A stretch of 64,000 nt of DNA, from the NCBI RefSeq assembly GCF_009914755.1, contig NC_060932.1. One strand, written 5' to 3'. The DNA comes from the human T2T-CHM13v2.0 reference genome, Homo sapiens. Each line of letters opens with the position of its first letter. The first letter of the stretch is position 1. The notes under the pieces are model-generated. The model was given only the letters and a program-made list of their open reading frames with translations. It made no database searches and was not told where the DNA came from. Both the position numbers and the translations under genes were made by a program. This document shows positions 26,768 through 41,775 of the stretch, piece by piece.

Positions 26768-27151
26768 AGGGCATGGAAGGTCTGGCGGGAGTGGGAGTTG
26801 AGGACAGGGATGACGTGTTCAAGCCGCAGCAGGTGTGTGCAACAGGAGCATGGGAAGTTTGGAATACGGATCAAAAGATGAGTTTGAAAAGGCGGATGGG
26901 GACACAGCACGGAGAGCATCTACTCTGCCTGTGATACCCTGTGGGCTTCCAGTGATTACTAAACAGGGCACAGCAGGACCAGATTTGGAACCCAGGTTAA
27001 TGAATTACATGAGGTTTTATTCCATAGAAAGATTTTAACCAGGAAAAAAGTCTAGGAAACTAGATTTTAACTAGGACTTCTAAACTTTTTGGAGGCAAAA
27101 ATAAATAAATAAATAAAATAGATCCAAAGATTCGTTTCTTTATTTTCATGT

Positions 27152-27308
27152 CAGACTCCCATGACTAGTTTGTCAATGTAAATGTGGATGACTGTGGTGG
27201 ACAGCTTAACATGTGCAGTGTACATTGTAATGCTTCAAGTTCCAAAGCACATGCTATTTACAAGCGATGCCTACAGACAGGTAGCAAATAAACATGAAAC
27301 GTTGTCTG
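27152..27308 (+). repeat. Local direct duplication A, copy 1 (partner 28544-28703)
   Basis: Shared collinear blocks gtcaatgtaaatg, tggtggaca, gttccaaagcaca and tagcaaataaacatgaaac. Confidence 0.85.
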
Positions 27309-28543
27309 GGCTATGAAATGAAGAGTCAGTGACTTACAGCATTAGGGTAATGTAGGTACTCTCAAGACTTGGTGTATATTTCTCTAGAATGAATGACATT
27401 CTTATTTATTTTGTTTCATATATCTATGGAACTGAACATTAAGTCTGATAAATGCTCATCACAGATAGAGTAAGGGATGGTGTTCAAACATGCTGAGCGC
27501 TTTAGTTGAGTGGGCCTGAAGCAGACTGAGGTTTCTAAGGGCTTTAATGAGGACAGGGCTGAGGCCTTTTGTAGTAAAGCCTAGAGTAGCTGGGGCTGGG
27601 AGGCTCTTAGGATTCTCCGGGCAGTGAATATTTATCATCTGATGCAAATAATTCAACATGTTAACAACCATTATGGACATACAAGCTGAATTGTAGCCCT
27701 AGATATGTGTCTTGAGAAAGCAAAGCTCTTACTACTTTCAAAACAAATTTCAAAATATCTATGAAAAACCATTTTGAACTCTATCATTTCTCTGTTATAT
27801 TTTTTGGGGTAGTAAATTGTAGACTATGCCATGGTCAAAAGTTAACTACAAGGCTCCCCTGGAGGAGAATATGCCACCTTCACAACAGGAAAGAACATGA
27901 TGGTCAGCTCTGCAAGAACCTGGTTGGAATTTCATGAGCCTTTAAAAACTACCACTGAGACTGAGCTGACCAGCAGGAGGGAACCCTCTGAGACATTTCT
28001 TCAAAATTGCTCTGACAAAGAAAGGTCTTACAAACAGGTGAGTAAATGCCAACTTGACGTAATCTGAGACAGTCTGAGGAAACCAGGTTCTGCACGTGTA
28101 CAACAGGAAACTCGCCCAGGATCTAATCATCACAATTTTCAGTGGTTGCCACATTCATCTTTTGCTACGCTTGCTCCTCAACCATTTTGGAACTCATCTC
28201 TGGATTCATTCTGAGCACTCCACTGAGACTCTGAAGCATTTGTCTTTTCACAAGGGGCATGAATCCCCGGGGAAGTCAGGCAGCTGCTGGAGTAAGGACG
28301 TTAACCTCCTCAGAGTAGATTCCTTATTTCATTAAGCAACAGCTTCGCCATTCAATTTCAGAAGCCTGATTCAGATCATTAAGAGAACAAGCAATGTAAC
28401 CTGTGCCTTTGAAGGTTTCCTGGTTTCCCTACAGCTGTGAATAATCTGTGGTTTCCCCACATTATCATGTAGGTAATTGCCTGGGGAGCAGTCACTACAG
28501 CAGCTCGCCAACCTGGTCACAGCAGCAGGCCGGGGGGAAAGGC

Positions 28544-28703
28544 CAGACTTCATGACCAGTTGGTCAATGTAAATGCTGAAGACTTTGGTGGACAACTTCC
28601 TCACATGTACAGTAGACACAATCATGCTTACCGTTCCAAAGCACACCGCTACCTACAAGAGGTACACACGGACATTTAGCAAATAAACATGAAACATTGT
28701 CTG
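28544..28703 (+). repeat. Local direct duplication A, copy 2
   Basis: Aligns by eye to 27152-27308 at roughly 75-80% identity. Confidence 0.85.
28632..28652 (-). other. Candidate 21-nt microexon (unverified)
   Basis: Minus strand reads ...gtacctcttgtAG|GTAGCGGTGTGCTTTGGAACG|GTaagcatg; sequence signals only. Confidence 0.3.
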
Positions 28704-30072
28704 CAGATTTGGCCAACGATATTGCCTGCATGAGACAGAGAACATGAAGAATAAGAGCAGTTCAGGGCTGATACGCTGAAAAGAATAGCAGTTTAGGACT
28801 GATATGCTGAAAGCCAGAATAAGTTCTTCCTCCACATCACAAAACTATAAACTGCGGGAAAACAATTTACGAAGGGATTGATAACCTACCTGAACTTTAT
28901 TCTTGAAGCATAAGAACTTAAAATCTACCAGTCACTGCCAAGTATTAATCTGTTTTAAATAGCTGAGATTTACTGGATACCATTGTTGGCCCCCAATTAT
29001 CCAATGTCAACCACATTTCAAAGTTTAGAGAAAGGAAGGATTTAAAGTGGTTTTATATATAACAGTAAACGTTTGTCATGCATTAATATTTCAGAGACAC
29101 AACTTTAAAATAAATCAATACATAAAAGTGCACTGAATTAAAATTCTGGCATGAACTCAAATGTTCATGTATTCCATTAGTCTGCGTGGGATTTTTATTC
29201 ATTAATTTAACATCTCTGATGAATAATATTTCATATCTTTCTTAAATTTATTCTCTTGTTTCAACATTAGTAAGAAATTATCCCCAATATCTACTCAAAA
29301 TAATTACAACTAATATTTAAGTGTATTTCTCCTATCCTTACCAGATACCCAAAAGCTGTTCAGAATGAACTTTTACATTTATGACTTTTTAATATACCGA
29401 GAGAAACAAAATAATCATGCCTGTTTTATCTTCTTTGATGAAGGTCAATAGGGTGGGGCTAAGAAATTGTCATCACATGGCCAGCCCAAGAGGACTGAGT
29501 ACAGTGGGTCAGGACACTGGCCTGTCAGCTTTCTGCCTGGAATAGGCCAGTCTGAGAAATAAAGCTGTGACTAAATTACAGCTATCCGAAAAAGTTCCCC
29601 CTTTCATTAGGAATTTTATTTCATAAAAATAACTCACTATCCACCACCCCTCAACTAAAACACATTCTGATGTTAAGTAGTGGGAGCAGTATGACAAGTC
29701 GGTGGAGAAACACAGTTGTAAAGACTGACATGAAGCCAAGAGCACAGCAGCCTGTACTCACATCCTGGTTCTGCCATTTGCAAGCTGTATGACGAGAGCC
29801 ACAGCCCTTAATCTCTCCATTTCTCGCATGAGAGTTGAAGCTTCTTTCTGTTCTGCCATCCAATAACCCCATGCCATCCAGGAGGGATTCTCTAGGTAAT
29901 TTTATGTGGCCCCATTTGCAAGCAAATTCTAAACAATCCATCATTTTCTTTGGAAGAGATTGTTCTGATCATCTTTGAAAACACTTTTTTTCACAGAAAT
30001 ATTATGTAGACACAGTATTTTTTTTTTACTAATTGTCATCCATGCGAACACATAGCTTTGCAAATTCCTGTT

Positions 30073-30487
30073 TTTCATATAAACAAATCATACGTTTTTT
30101 TTTTCCTTTCATGAAATATTGTATGTGAGAGTCATCCATGTCGTTACATGTAGAGGCAGTTTGTCTCTTTCCAAGTTTGTTTATTACTTCTATGGTTAAT
30201 GAACATTTAGGTGATTCTCAGTGGTTGACAATAGCGCTTGCATCTCCTCTGGACGTTCTCTGTACCTGTTGTGCCTAGCTGCTCATTTCTGTTGGACACA
30301 TGCCTGAAATGTTTCTTATGTTCAGCTTGATGGTAAAACAGTTTTCTAAAACGGTCGTATCAATTCAGATTTCCACCAATAGTGCAAAAAAAAAGTCATT
30401 GTTTTGTTCTTTATGTTTTAAAATGTGGAATTTCAAGCTGTTTGTTTTAGTTGCTTTGGGCTGGGGAGGCATTGAGTCTGAGGAAGG
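30073..30487 (+). repeat. Local direct duplication B, copy 1 (partner 32300-32721); includes old L1M-like sequence
   Basis: ~415 bp collinear match with about 30 substitutions plus a small indel by manual count. Confidence 0.97.
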
Positions 30488-32299
30488 TCCTCAGTGTGGC
30501 GAGCTCCCTCCCACTTCCCAGCCCTAGAAAAAACCCTTGTCCCACTTTTCTTCCGTTTGACTAGAAGTCCACCATGGTTCTCCAAGGTGGACGTGATTAT
30601 TTCTATTTTATAAAACAAGGTAGCAAGACACACAGGTAGAAGGGGTACTGGCTAATCGTAAGTACTTAATGAAAAGTGCAGAGTAAGAGTCAGTCGCTTG
30701 GAACCCATAGATGGACACTTTTTCCAAAATCTTAAAACTTGTGCCATTGAGACTTTACAAGAATCTTTTGTTCTGAGAGAAATTAAAGTAGATATTTAGG
30801 AAAAGTGGTTACGTGTTTCTGATTTGAATGAGTTATATTATTAAAAACTATTTTTTTTCATGGAGGTTTAGTGGTTTTAAGAATTATTTAAAGGTTATAA
30901 TATATTTCAGTAATTTATTTTGATTGAAACAATACTTCATGCATCCATACCTACCTAATAGTTCCCTCAAATACAAGATAGCAAGGGAGGTCCACTGCCA
31001 TGGAAACAGGCAGGAGGCCCATGTGGAGGTTTCTAGACACTCTGCAGAGCAGTGGTCCGTGGAACCTTGAGGGGAATAGGAGCACTTGATTTCCTCCATT
31101 CCTTCCGCTAAACGTAACTGAGCACTTTCCAGGTTCTAGATAATGGTTGTTATTATTTTTACACTGTTTTAAAAGGAGAGGCAACCATGCATGCCACCAG
31201 AATCCAGGTATACTCCTAGATAGAGCTCTGGAAACTGCATTTCAAATCTCAGAAAATGTGAGCATTGGAGAATGGGGAATGCATACGTTTTATCCAAATT
31301 AGAATTAACCTGGGAACATGGGGCTTTCAATAACTCAAAATGCCTTTCTAATAACATGAAAGTCTTCATTTGGTATAAAGGTCTTCATTTTAATTAAAAG
31401 GGAAAATCAATAGTTATAGGGAACTATAACCTAAAAACAAACTAATTATTTGTGTCAACACAAGCTTTATCGCCACTGTCAGGGTTTCCCTTGATTTATG
31501 AGATGAATGTTCCCTATAAAAATTGGAATTTTATTACAAACACTTACTTTCATGATGATTTATCAGTTACAGAAAATCAATGGGAATTTCATTTTATGAA
31601 AATTGTAATTTTATAAACAGCCGGGTAAAGGTGTGTAAAACTGGAGCCCAACACTTAGATGGCTATTTAGTAGTGAGGGGGCCCTCATGGTTCAAGATTA
31701 ATATATTTTCAAAAAATTTATCTTGTAGACACTGAAAACGTCTAGATGATGGATTGTGCTTACAAGGCACTTATTTAATTATAATTAATGATGGAGGCAA
31801 CATATAAAGAATGGGCTCAATTTTCAGCTGATTTAAAGAAATAATGTGTCCTGCATAAATCTTACATTCAACCACAGCCCAATATATACAGCAGATATTG
31901 CAAATATATTGTGGGTTTTTCCCCTGCGTTTTCTACTACTTTTGTTCACAATGTCATTTTAAAAGTCAATAGATTTTAAGAGTAGCAACTGTAGAACAGT
32001 TTTACTTGTCAAGCAACCTTACTACTGCTTCTGGCATGACTTGATTATATAATTGGAGAGGTGAAAGTCAAAGAAGAAAGTGTAAGACTCCGAGAATAAA
32101 GAATTTGGAGATGAAAGTTAAAAATGTAAGGGAAGAGTAGAAAGAATATTTTATGTTGGTTGTCATTTATTTGACCAAGAAAACCACCAAGTTAAAAAGA
32201 ATATATTATCTGTCTTTGAGAAGTTACACAATTCTGTCCAAGCATCATACGCTGGAAAACAAAGAAGTTTCTCATAGAAAGAGACCACCAGTGGGCTGA

Positions 32300-32721
32300 T
32301 TTCATATAAACGAATCATACGGTTTATGTTTTTTTTTCCTTTCACGAAATATTGTATGTGAGAGTCACCCATGTCGTTACATGTAGAGGTAGTTTCTCTC
32401 TTTCCATGTTTGTTTATTACTTCTATGGTTAATGAACACTGAGGTGGTTCGCGGTGGTTGACAATGGTGCTCGCATCTCCTGGGGACATTCTCTGTACCT
32501 ATTGTGTGTAGCTACTCATTTCTGTTGGACGCATGCCTGAAATGTTTCTTATGTTCAGCTTGATGGTAAAACAGTTTTCTAAAACGGTCATATCAATTCA
32601 GATTTCTACCAATAGTGCAAAAAATATAGTCATTATTGAGTTCTTTATGTTTTAAAATGTGGAATTTCAAGCTGTTTGTTTTAGTTGCTTTGGGCTGGGG
32701 AGGCATTGAATATGAGGAAGG
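32300..32721 (+). repeat. Local direct duplication B, copy 2
   Basis: Runs from tttcatataaac to tgaggaagg, as in copy 1. Confidence 0.97.
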
Positions 32722-33898
32722 CTAGGAACCACAAAGGGTTTCTTAGGAATTCCAGATAATCTGCAATCGTATCAATCCAAGTAACACTGACGGAATTTTT
32801 GTTCTCTTACAAATGACCATAAATGATAAACGTGACTACAATAACGTTAAAAAGATTATAATATATGCGAAGCATAAAAATGTATGTTCTTTTTAAAATG
32901 TTCTTCTCCACTTTATATGTATATATATATCTTATATATATCATATATATATGATTCAGGTTAAATATATGATATATATGATTCAAGTTGTTTGACAACA
33001 TTTGGAAAGATGAAAATAACACAATAATGTTTACATTATGTAAGTTTTCACTATAATTATTATTGTTGTCTTATTAGTCCCCAAATATCAATCGACTATG
33101 CTTTTTTTTTGTTTTGCAATTTTTGTTGGCACAAATAATATCAGGCTTTCCTTCTTTAATGTATTTAGTTCAGATAAAAGGTACAATACAATTTGGGCTT
33201 CATGCTTTTTAATCTCGGCATAGACAAGAGGGAAGATTCAGCTGAACAAATGTTTTCCCTGCTTGACAGAAGGTTTCACATTTGCCCTCTGAAGGAACAA
33301 ACTTGATGATCTTACTCGCAAAAAACCAGGACAGCCCCGTGTGGAGGGCTGGGTGGCTGGCAGGGACTCTGAGAAGGGCCCATCTCATCCTAAGCTGTTG
33401 CTCTGTCTCCAGCTGTCCTTAGGTTTGTTCTAGAATCAGCAACAGCAACCATACTGGAGCTTCCATTCCTTGGTAACAGTTCTGCCCTCTGGATCCAGAA
33501 AAATAATCGTAGTGCCTTTCTGCGTACTGTGCACCATGCGCCCTCTAAGATTCCTCACATCCTCCTTCTGATGGGTCTTGTCATCTTCCTCTCTCTGGTC
33601 CTTCTTCTTCTTCAGAGGGTGGTGTCTAGTACTGAACCTAACCTTCCACAGGCAGTCTGCGTAAATGTGGTTTTAAGCAGGAAGTCCCCTGTTCAATGAG
33701 GACCATGTGGTAATGAAAAAAAGGTAACTTCCTTGTACCGTGTTGTCTTGGAGCTGAACTTTAAAGTCAGCCTTGAAATGTTTCCTAATGCATTACTGTT
33801 AAGCCAGGCTTACCTCTCTTGATACCTTCATACCTTTTGACCGTTTTAGAATTAAATGCCAAATTTTTGACTCCTCTCTCCTTATATATACAATTGAA

Positions 33899-33939
<41 letters not shown>

Positions 33940-34225
33940 CACGAACACACATCTACATCTATATATAAATTATTTATATATTTCTTATATAAATATAATA
34001 CAATAAATTTAATTAAATATAACTACATACAGTTTATACATATAAATGTTTATACTTAAATATATAATTAAGCATATATTATAGAATATATATAAATAAT
34101 GTAATTATAATTTATGCTTCTATAATATATACAAGAATGAAGTGTGTATAACGTACGTACAGTTTAATTCTATAATGTAGTTGTATTGTTTATATAATTT
34201 ATATACTCTATATAATACTTTCATT
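33899..34225. repeat. (TG)n(TA)n microsatellite followed by an AT-rich low-complexity tract
   Basis: Directly visible. Confidence 0.9.
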
Positions 34226-34967
34226 AATTACATATTTTTTTTAACTTTTAAAATCAACGTCTGATACATCTAAGTGATTGCTATTTTCTGCCAACCAATG
34301 AGTTTCTTATATCTACCATCTTGGAGCAGCTTCAAAGTTGATATTCCATTTTTAACCTTTCTTTCAATTACAGATACAAATGCCAAGTTCACTGATCAGG
34401 TTTGAGAAACAAACGCTTAGAAATTTTTCTTTAATTCACTGTTGTTCAGTTACTGAGAGCTCTAGGAAAAGATCAATTTACATTTTAGAGACAAATCTGT
34501 TAATCAACCTAACTGACTATAGGATCAGTCCATTGGCCTTGTAAATATTGACTTATGGTTATGTTAAATCTGGTACGGGATGGACATATCCATAGATAAG
34601 GATCACTGAAGAGAAAGTGCAGACAGAATTTCTCTACCAGACCACATGGAGTCTTCCTCATTCAAACCCACCCAGCCTGGGTGTGCACCCACCTCCCACC
34701 GCCAACACGTCCATCCCACCTTTACTCCATTCTAACTACAGCCACAGTATATGGCAGTCACAAGATAACGGCAGATATGGGGAGGTATGGAAAAGGAGGA
34801 TCGGCCTGGCCTGGCTCCAGGTGAAGGGAAAGCACATTAATTTCACTCTAATAAAATTTCAGGGCAGCTTCTTTGCAACCAAAGAAGATCAAGCTAAGAA
34901 CCTTCCGGCAACATCAGAAGGCAATCTAAGATGGACAATGTTCCTGATGAAGTCTAAAATATATTTT

Positions 34968-35450
<483 letters not shown>

Positions 35451-36447
35451 TCATCCTGAAGGAAACGATGAAAGCATTATGGATTTTAAAATGTGTAAGA
35501 TAACAGATATTTAGACCAGTTTGTTGAAAAATTACTAAAATCTCCAGCAGGAGCTATAATTAGATCCCTTTGCATTCTGACTTTCATGGGAGGTATTTAC
35601 AAACTGCAAACTGTCTCCGTGACCTGCTAGTTCCTGCAGCATGGAGGATGCTGTAATTTCTCTGGCACTGCAGGGCTTGGTGTCCTCTCTGGCACATGGC
35701 AGGTGTTCAGGGAATGCTACCTTAATGGGGTCAACGTTCTCATCGTCACAATGTGGGGAAAGCTTAGGCACTTTGATTGGGAAGGTCCATTATTTTCAAA
35801 GTCATGTTATTTTAATTTGGAAATCGAAGTGGAATGGTTTTTAGGAGACTGCTTAATAAACTGAATAGTTTTTTGCTGTGTTAATAAGGATTACTCATTA
35901 TTAGAAACATACAGGAAATGATACAATATGATCTAGGTATAAACCTTAGAAACCAGAGAGAAAAAGAACATTTCATTACCAAGCTCTGTCCTAATGACTG
36001 CAGACTCCCCATTTTGCTCAGCTGCAGGAAATCCAGAATCTTTCTTTTAAGATTCATTGTGTGTAAATTACTGAATCAGGCATTTATGTGGTGTGAAGAC
36101 CTTTTAGGATTAAAAGTGATATTACAATACTTTTTGTGCATTTTCATGCAACCTATATGCTATAGCATGCTTAACATGAATGTAAATACAATAGCCAAAC
36201 TGCTGTGGATATTTACAGATTAGATGCATAATAATTAAAATCAATGATAATAAATAGCTATTAATTAAAACTTAGCAATTGTTCCAGTGTATCAAGAAAC
36301 TATACATATCCTGTATACTGTGATAGTGATATAGCTTTACTAATAAGTTCCCAGCTGTCGACTATATGATTTCCAAAGATAACTGTGAATAAAAGAATTA
36401 GAAACCATTTTCAAGCTATTTATCCAACTCCTAAAATTTCATGGCTA

Positions 36448-36708
<261 letters not shown>

Positions 36709-37013
36709 TTAAATCCTTCATCTTGAGATGCTTAAAACAGAGGCCATGTATTAACTGACTTTGAACCTTAAAACGATCAAGATGATTTTATCTTTGCCCA
36801 AACATAAATGCTAAATCCCTAGATGGAATGAATGTTTTCAAAAATATTTGATACTTTCATTCTCCTTTATTAATGGTGAATGCAGGAGGAGGTATTCTTT
36901 TGATCTCTTAGTTCTTTTCATCAGGATCTTAATCACAATGAATCAGAAAAAAGGAAAAGAAATAGGAAAATGATAAAATTCTGTGTTTCACAATTTGAAG
37001 ACTTAGTAATTCC

Positions 37014-37056
<43 letters not shown>

Positions 37057-37342
37057 TTTTGAGACGGAGTCTCACTGTGTCATCCAGGCTGGAGGGCAGT
37101 GGTGCGATCTCGGCTCACTGCAAGCTCCGCCTCCTGGGTTCAAGCGATTCTCCTCCCTCAGCCTCCTGAGTAGCTGGGATTACAGGCATGCGCCATCATG
37201 CCTGGCTACTTTTTATATTTTTACTAGAGACAAGGTTTTGCCGTGTTGGCCAGGCTGGTCTCGAACTTGTGACCTCAGGTGATCTGCCTGCCTTGGCCTT
37301 CCAAAGTGCTTGGATTAGAAGCGTGAGCCACGGCGCCCGGCC
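37014..37342 (-). mobile_element. Alu (AluS-type) with a (TTTA)n tail
   Basis: Full Alu; TSD aagacttagtaattc / aagacttacgaattc. Confidence 0.97.
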
Positions 37343-38664
37343 ACAAGACTTACGAATTCTATGTAACCTGAAGTAGACGCCAACAAACTGTTTCTCATGC
37401 TTGGTAACAAGCTATATTCCCAGCATCCCATTTGCAGGACTAAGAACCTGGGCCTTTCCTACCAAAGTAAAGAAGAGGACCATTTATGAGATTGATGACA
37501 AGAACTGCAAAAGAGATTTGAAATGGAATAAAATTATGTTTTAAGAAAGCAGTGCATTCATCTTTTAAAAATAAGATGCAATCAATTTCTGGTTAAGCTG
37601 TTTAAAATATCCATTTCACTTTACAACGTGCAGTTTAGTTGTCAGAAACGATCATGTGTTTTATTTCTCACTATTGAAAACCTTATGTGCTTACTAAGGA
37701 ATAAAAGCATTCCAAGATATTAAAGCTCCTGCCCGTTAGAGGCGCAAGGGACACATTTAGTTTTTCAGTGGCATAAGCATCACTGGATTAGGATGCTTCT
37801 GATACAGGATTGCGTGCTGGCTCGACTTTGTGCTAGGTGAAGCAACATAGGTGGATTATGTTTATGAACCTCTGTTACCCATTGTATAAACTGGACACGA
37901 AAATACCTGTATCAAGGGTCGAAAGATGATAGAGATGCACATGTAAATGTACCTGAAGCACATTCTCCATGTGCTCTACAAGTGGTTGTGCACTGAATAA
38001 TTATTTTGCATCTTGGTAACAAAATCTATTTTCAAAATGATGCTCATTAGTGTAGATAATCTGTAAGGGTTTAAGCAAATTGCTTTTAGCAGGAACTTGA
38101 ACTGTGGTGCTGCGTGTGGGCCTGCCTGTGAGCGCCGCAGCTGCTTGGTAAAGCTGAGGACCTGATTTCTACACAGAGGATTTCCTACGAAATGGGTCAC
38201 CTGTGTAGAGAGCATTTCCCTACTTATTCTATTACCTGGAAGAAGCAACACCAGATGAAATACATAGTCAAGCTTTCTGATGTCAGGGGGCTCTATTCCA
38301 ACTCTCAGGTTTAAAAATGTACAGGATCCACTTTAAGTTAAAAGCCAAACCTTGACTGTAACCAATTACAACAGTGTTTATGCCACTGTTTGAAATAATC
38401 TTTTGTAAGAGAAGTACACTGCTCAGATTTGCCTCTTTGCTTGGATTTATGTAGTACTGGCTGGTGACAGCTGGACACAGCTGACTCCAAGGCATATTTA
38501 ATCACCTTTTTTTATTTTTCTGGTGAGATTATGTTACAAATTCTATAGGCCACATACTTATTTGCCTAATACGGAGAATGTCTAAAAAACTAGATTCAAA
38601 AACCCCCAGTCTGTGCCACTCACCTGTACTTACTGAACTTACAGGTACTTTAAAAAATCATTGT

Positions 38665-38981
<317 letters not shown>

Positions 38982-39386
38982 TCAATAATTATTTTTATAC
39001 ACACAAATATCACATACAAAAAACGTTAAATTCAAACATAGAAAATTTAAAAACTACAAACACATAGATATACACTGAAATTAAGCACAGAAGCAAGCCT
39101 ACCTTTTCCACATCAGATACTATCCTAATGTAAAATATATACATAGCTAATAGTATCCAAAGCCCTCAAAATACTGCACTGATATTTATTCAATCCCCTG
39201 TAAGTTTCCATTTCATATGGTGATAGAAGACTATGAATACAAAAGATCAGCGAATGTAGGAAGCTGCATGTACTTGCTAAACTTTTCACAACCGCAATCA
39301 ATGCTTGTTTTGTTGCTGCTTTGAACATATATATTTTCTCACTCGCATTACTTATGAACGGTTCTGACTGCAAAAACCAGGTGGAA

Positions 39387-39689
39387 TTTTTTTTTTTTCT
39401 TGAGACAGTGTCTTGCTCTTTCACGCAGGCTGGAGTGCAGTGGTGCAATCACAGCTCACAGCAGTCTCCGACTCCTGGGCTCAAGCCATCCGCTTGCCTC
39501 AACCTCTGGAGTAGCTAGAGCTATATGTGCACACCATATCTGGATAGTTTTGTAATCTTTTAATTTTTTGTAGAGACTGGGGGTCTCACTATGTTGTCCA
39601 GACTTGTCTTGAACTCACAGCCTCAAGAAATCCTCTCACCTTTGCCTCTCAGAGTGCTGGGATTACAGGCGTGAACCACTGTGCCAGCC
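39387..39689 (-). mobile_element. Alu (AluJ-type)
   Basis: cacagctcacagcagtctccgactcctgggctcaagccatcc; tttgtagagactgggggtctcactatgttg. Confidence 0.93.
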
Positions 39690-39824
39690 TGGAATTGCAC
39701 TTTATTTGCATGCCTACATTAATAATGATCACAAATAAATCCCCTCTCGACCACCACCTACACCCACATCCACTCTTTACCCTCACCTGTATTTCCAAAT
39801 ACCTACTCAGAACAATGATAGTTT

Positions 39825-40137
39825 TGTGTCAGTCAACAGGATATTTCTGTAAAGGGCCAGGGAGTACGTACGTATTTCAGGCTTTATGGGTCACATGGTC
39901 TTTGTTGGAAATTGTTCAACTTTGCAGGTGTAGTTGGCAAGTAGCCATAAAATGGCAGTGGGTGTGTTCCAATAACACTTTATTTACGGACACTGAGATT
40001 TTAATTTTTATACAATTTTTTTGTGTCACAAAATAGTTACTTTTTGATTGTATTTTTTCAGTCACTTAACAATGTGAAAGCCACTCTTAGCTGATGGGCC
40101 AGATTTGGCCTGCAGGTACTAGTTTGCTGACCCCTGC
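39825..40137. mobile_element. MER58 (hAT-Charlie) element, MER58B-like
   Basis: ttctgtaaagggccag...tgtgttccaataacactttatttacggacactg...gggccagatttggcctgcagg...tagtttgctgacccctg. Confidence 0.85.
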
Positions 40138-40168
40138 TCTAGCATATATGAGGCGATTTGTAAAAACA

Positions 40169-40481
40169 GACCCGGTGCAGTGGCTCACCCCTGTAATCCC
40201 AGCACTTTCGGATGCCAAGGTGGGTGGATCACCTGAGGTCAAGAGTTCAAGACAAGCATGGCCAACATGGTGAAACCCTGTCTCTACTTAGCTGGGCATG
40301 GTGGCAGGCACAGGTAATCCTAGATAATCGGGAGGCTGAGGCAAGAGAATTGCTTGAACCTGGGAGGCAGAGGTTGCAGTGAGTTGAGATCACACCATCA
40401 CACTCCAGCCTGGGTGAAAAGAGCGAGACTTCATCTCAAAAAACAAACAAACAAACAAACAAAAAAAACCAACAACAAAAA
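40169..40481 (+). mobile_element. Alu (AluS-type) lacking the central A-rich linker; (CAAA)n tail
   Basis: ccctgtctctact is joined directly to tagctgggcatgg. Confidence 0.95.
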
Positions 40482-40538
40482 CACCGAGCTGGAAGATAAA
40501 CAGATGATGCATAGCAGCCTAGTGTAATTCAGGTTTAA

Positions 40539-40855
<317 letters not shown>

Positions 40856-41289
40856 TTGCACAGATTCCTTTTATAGAGAAGCAAGGGTGAGGTCTTTAGA
40901 CCAATTATACAATCCATTTTCCATGAAGAAGCCATTCAAATGAATTGTACCCCGAAGTCGATTTTTGTACATGAATTTCCTGATTTGACCTTTTGCGTTA
41001 AACAAATGTTCATAGACTTTTGTTGTTTGTTTGGGAAAGGGGGTTGTTCCAAATGAGACCTGGCCTTAGAACTGTGTTGTTATTCTATCGCTGTCTACAG
41101 GGCCAGGAGCTAATCTTATAGCTCTCATCTGACACAAAGTTGATGCTATAAACTCAGTTGTTTCTTCATTACAGACTACGTAATTTAAAGGAAGATGATT
41201 ACTGTACAAATTAGGTGAAATTGTGAACTCTCTAACAACTTGGTGTTTCAGTTGAGATTTAGAAGAAAAGAATTCAACTGAATGGCTTT

Positions 41290-41775
41290 GTGGGAGGCAG
41301 AATCATACCTGCTACAGACAGATCCCCAAGCCCCGAGGTCCTGCTCTCTGGAGACTGTCAATGTGTCACCTGACATGGCTCATGAGGACTTTGCAGAACA
41401 ATGCGCTTACTGAGCTTGGGATGGGGAGATTATACTAGATTATTGAGTGGGCCCAATGTAATGAAAAAGATCCTTAAAGTGGAAGACAGAGGCAGGAGGA
41501 CAAGGTTCCAGGTAGAAGAGCCTGTGGACAAAGGTCAGAGTGACGCATTGAGGGCTTCACCCTCTTGGCTGACAAGAAAGCTGCTGATACCTTTATAACT
41601 GGAAACGCAAACAAACGCCTTTTCCCATAGAGTCTCCAGAGAGCAACACAGCCCAGCTGACACCTTGATTGTAGATGTGAGATTTCTAATCTATTTACTG
41701 AACATAATAAACACGTGTTGGTTTAAGTCATTGTATTTGTGTTAATTTGTTATGGTGGCAAGAGAAAGCAAATCT
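41290..41775 (+). mobile_element. MaLR LTR (MLT1C/D-like)
   Basis: tgtgggaggcagaat...ggactttgcaga...gatggggagattatactagattattgagtgggcccaatgtaat...cagctgacaccttgatt...ttaatttgttatggtggca. Confidence 0.85.

Noticed and set aside
28035-28043. Strong plus-strand donor CAG|GTGAGT
   Set aside because: I could not pair it with a convincing acceptor or promoter; isolated consensus donors are expected by chance in 64 kb.
33430-33640. Minus-strand open frame (KKKKDQREEDDK...) as a processed pseudogene
   Set aside because: No recognisable parent gene, poly(A) or TSD; the purine-rich composition explains the open frame.
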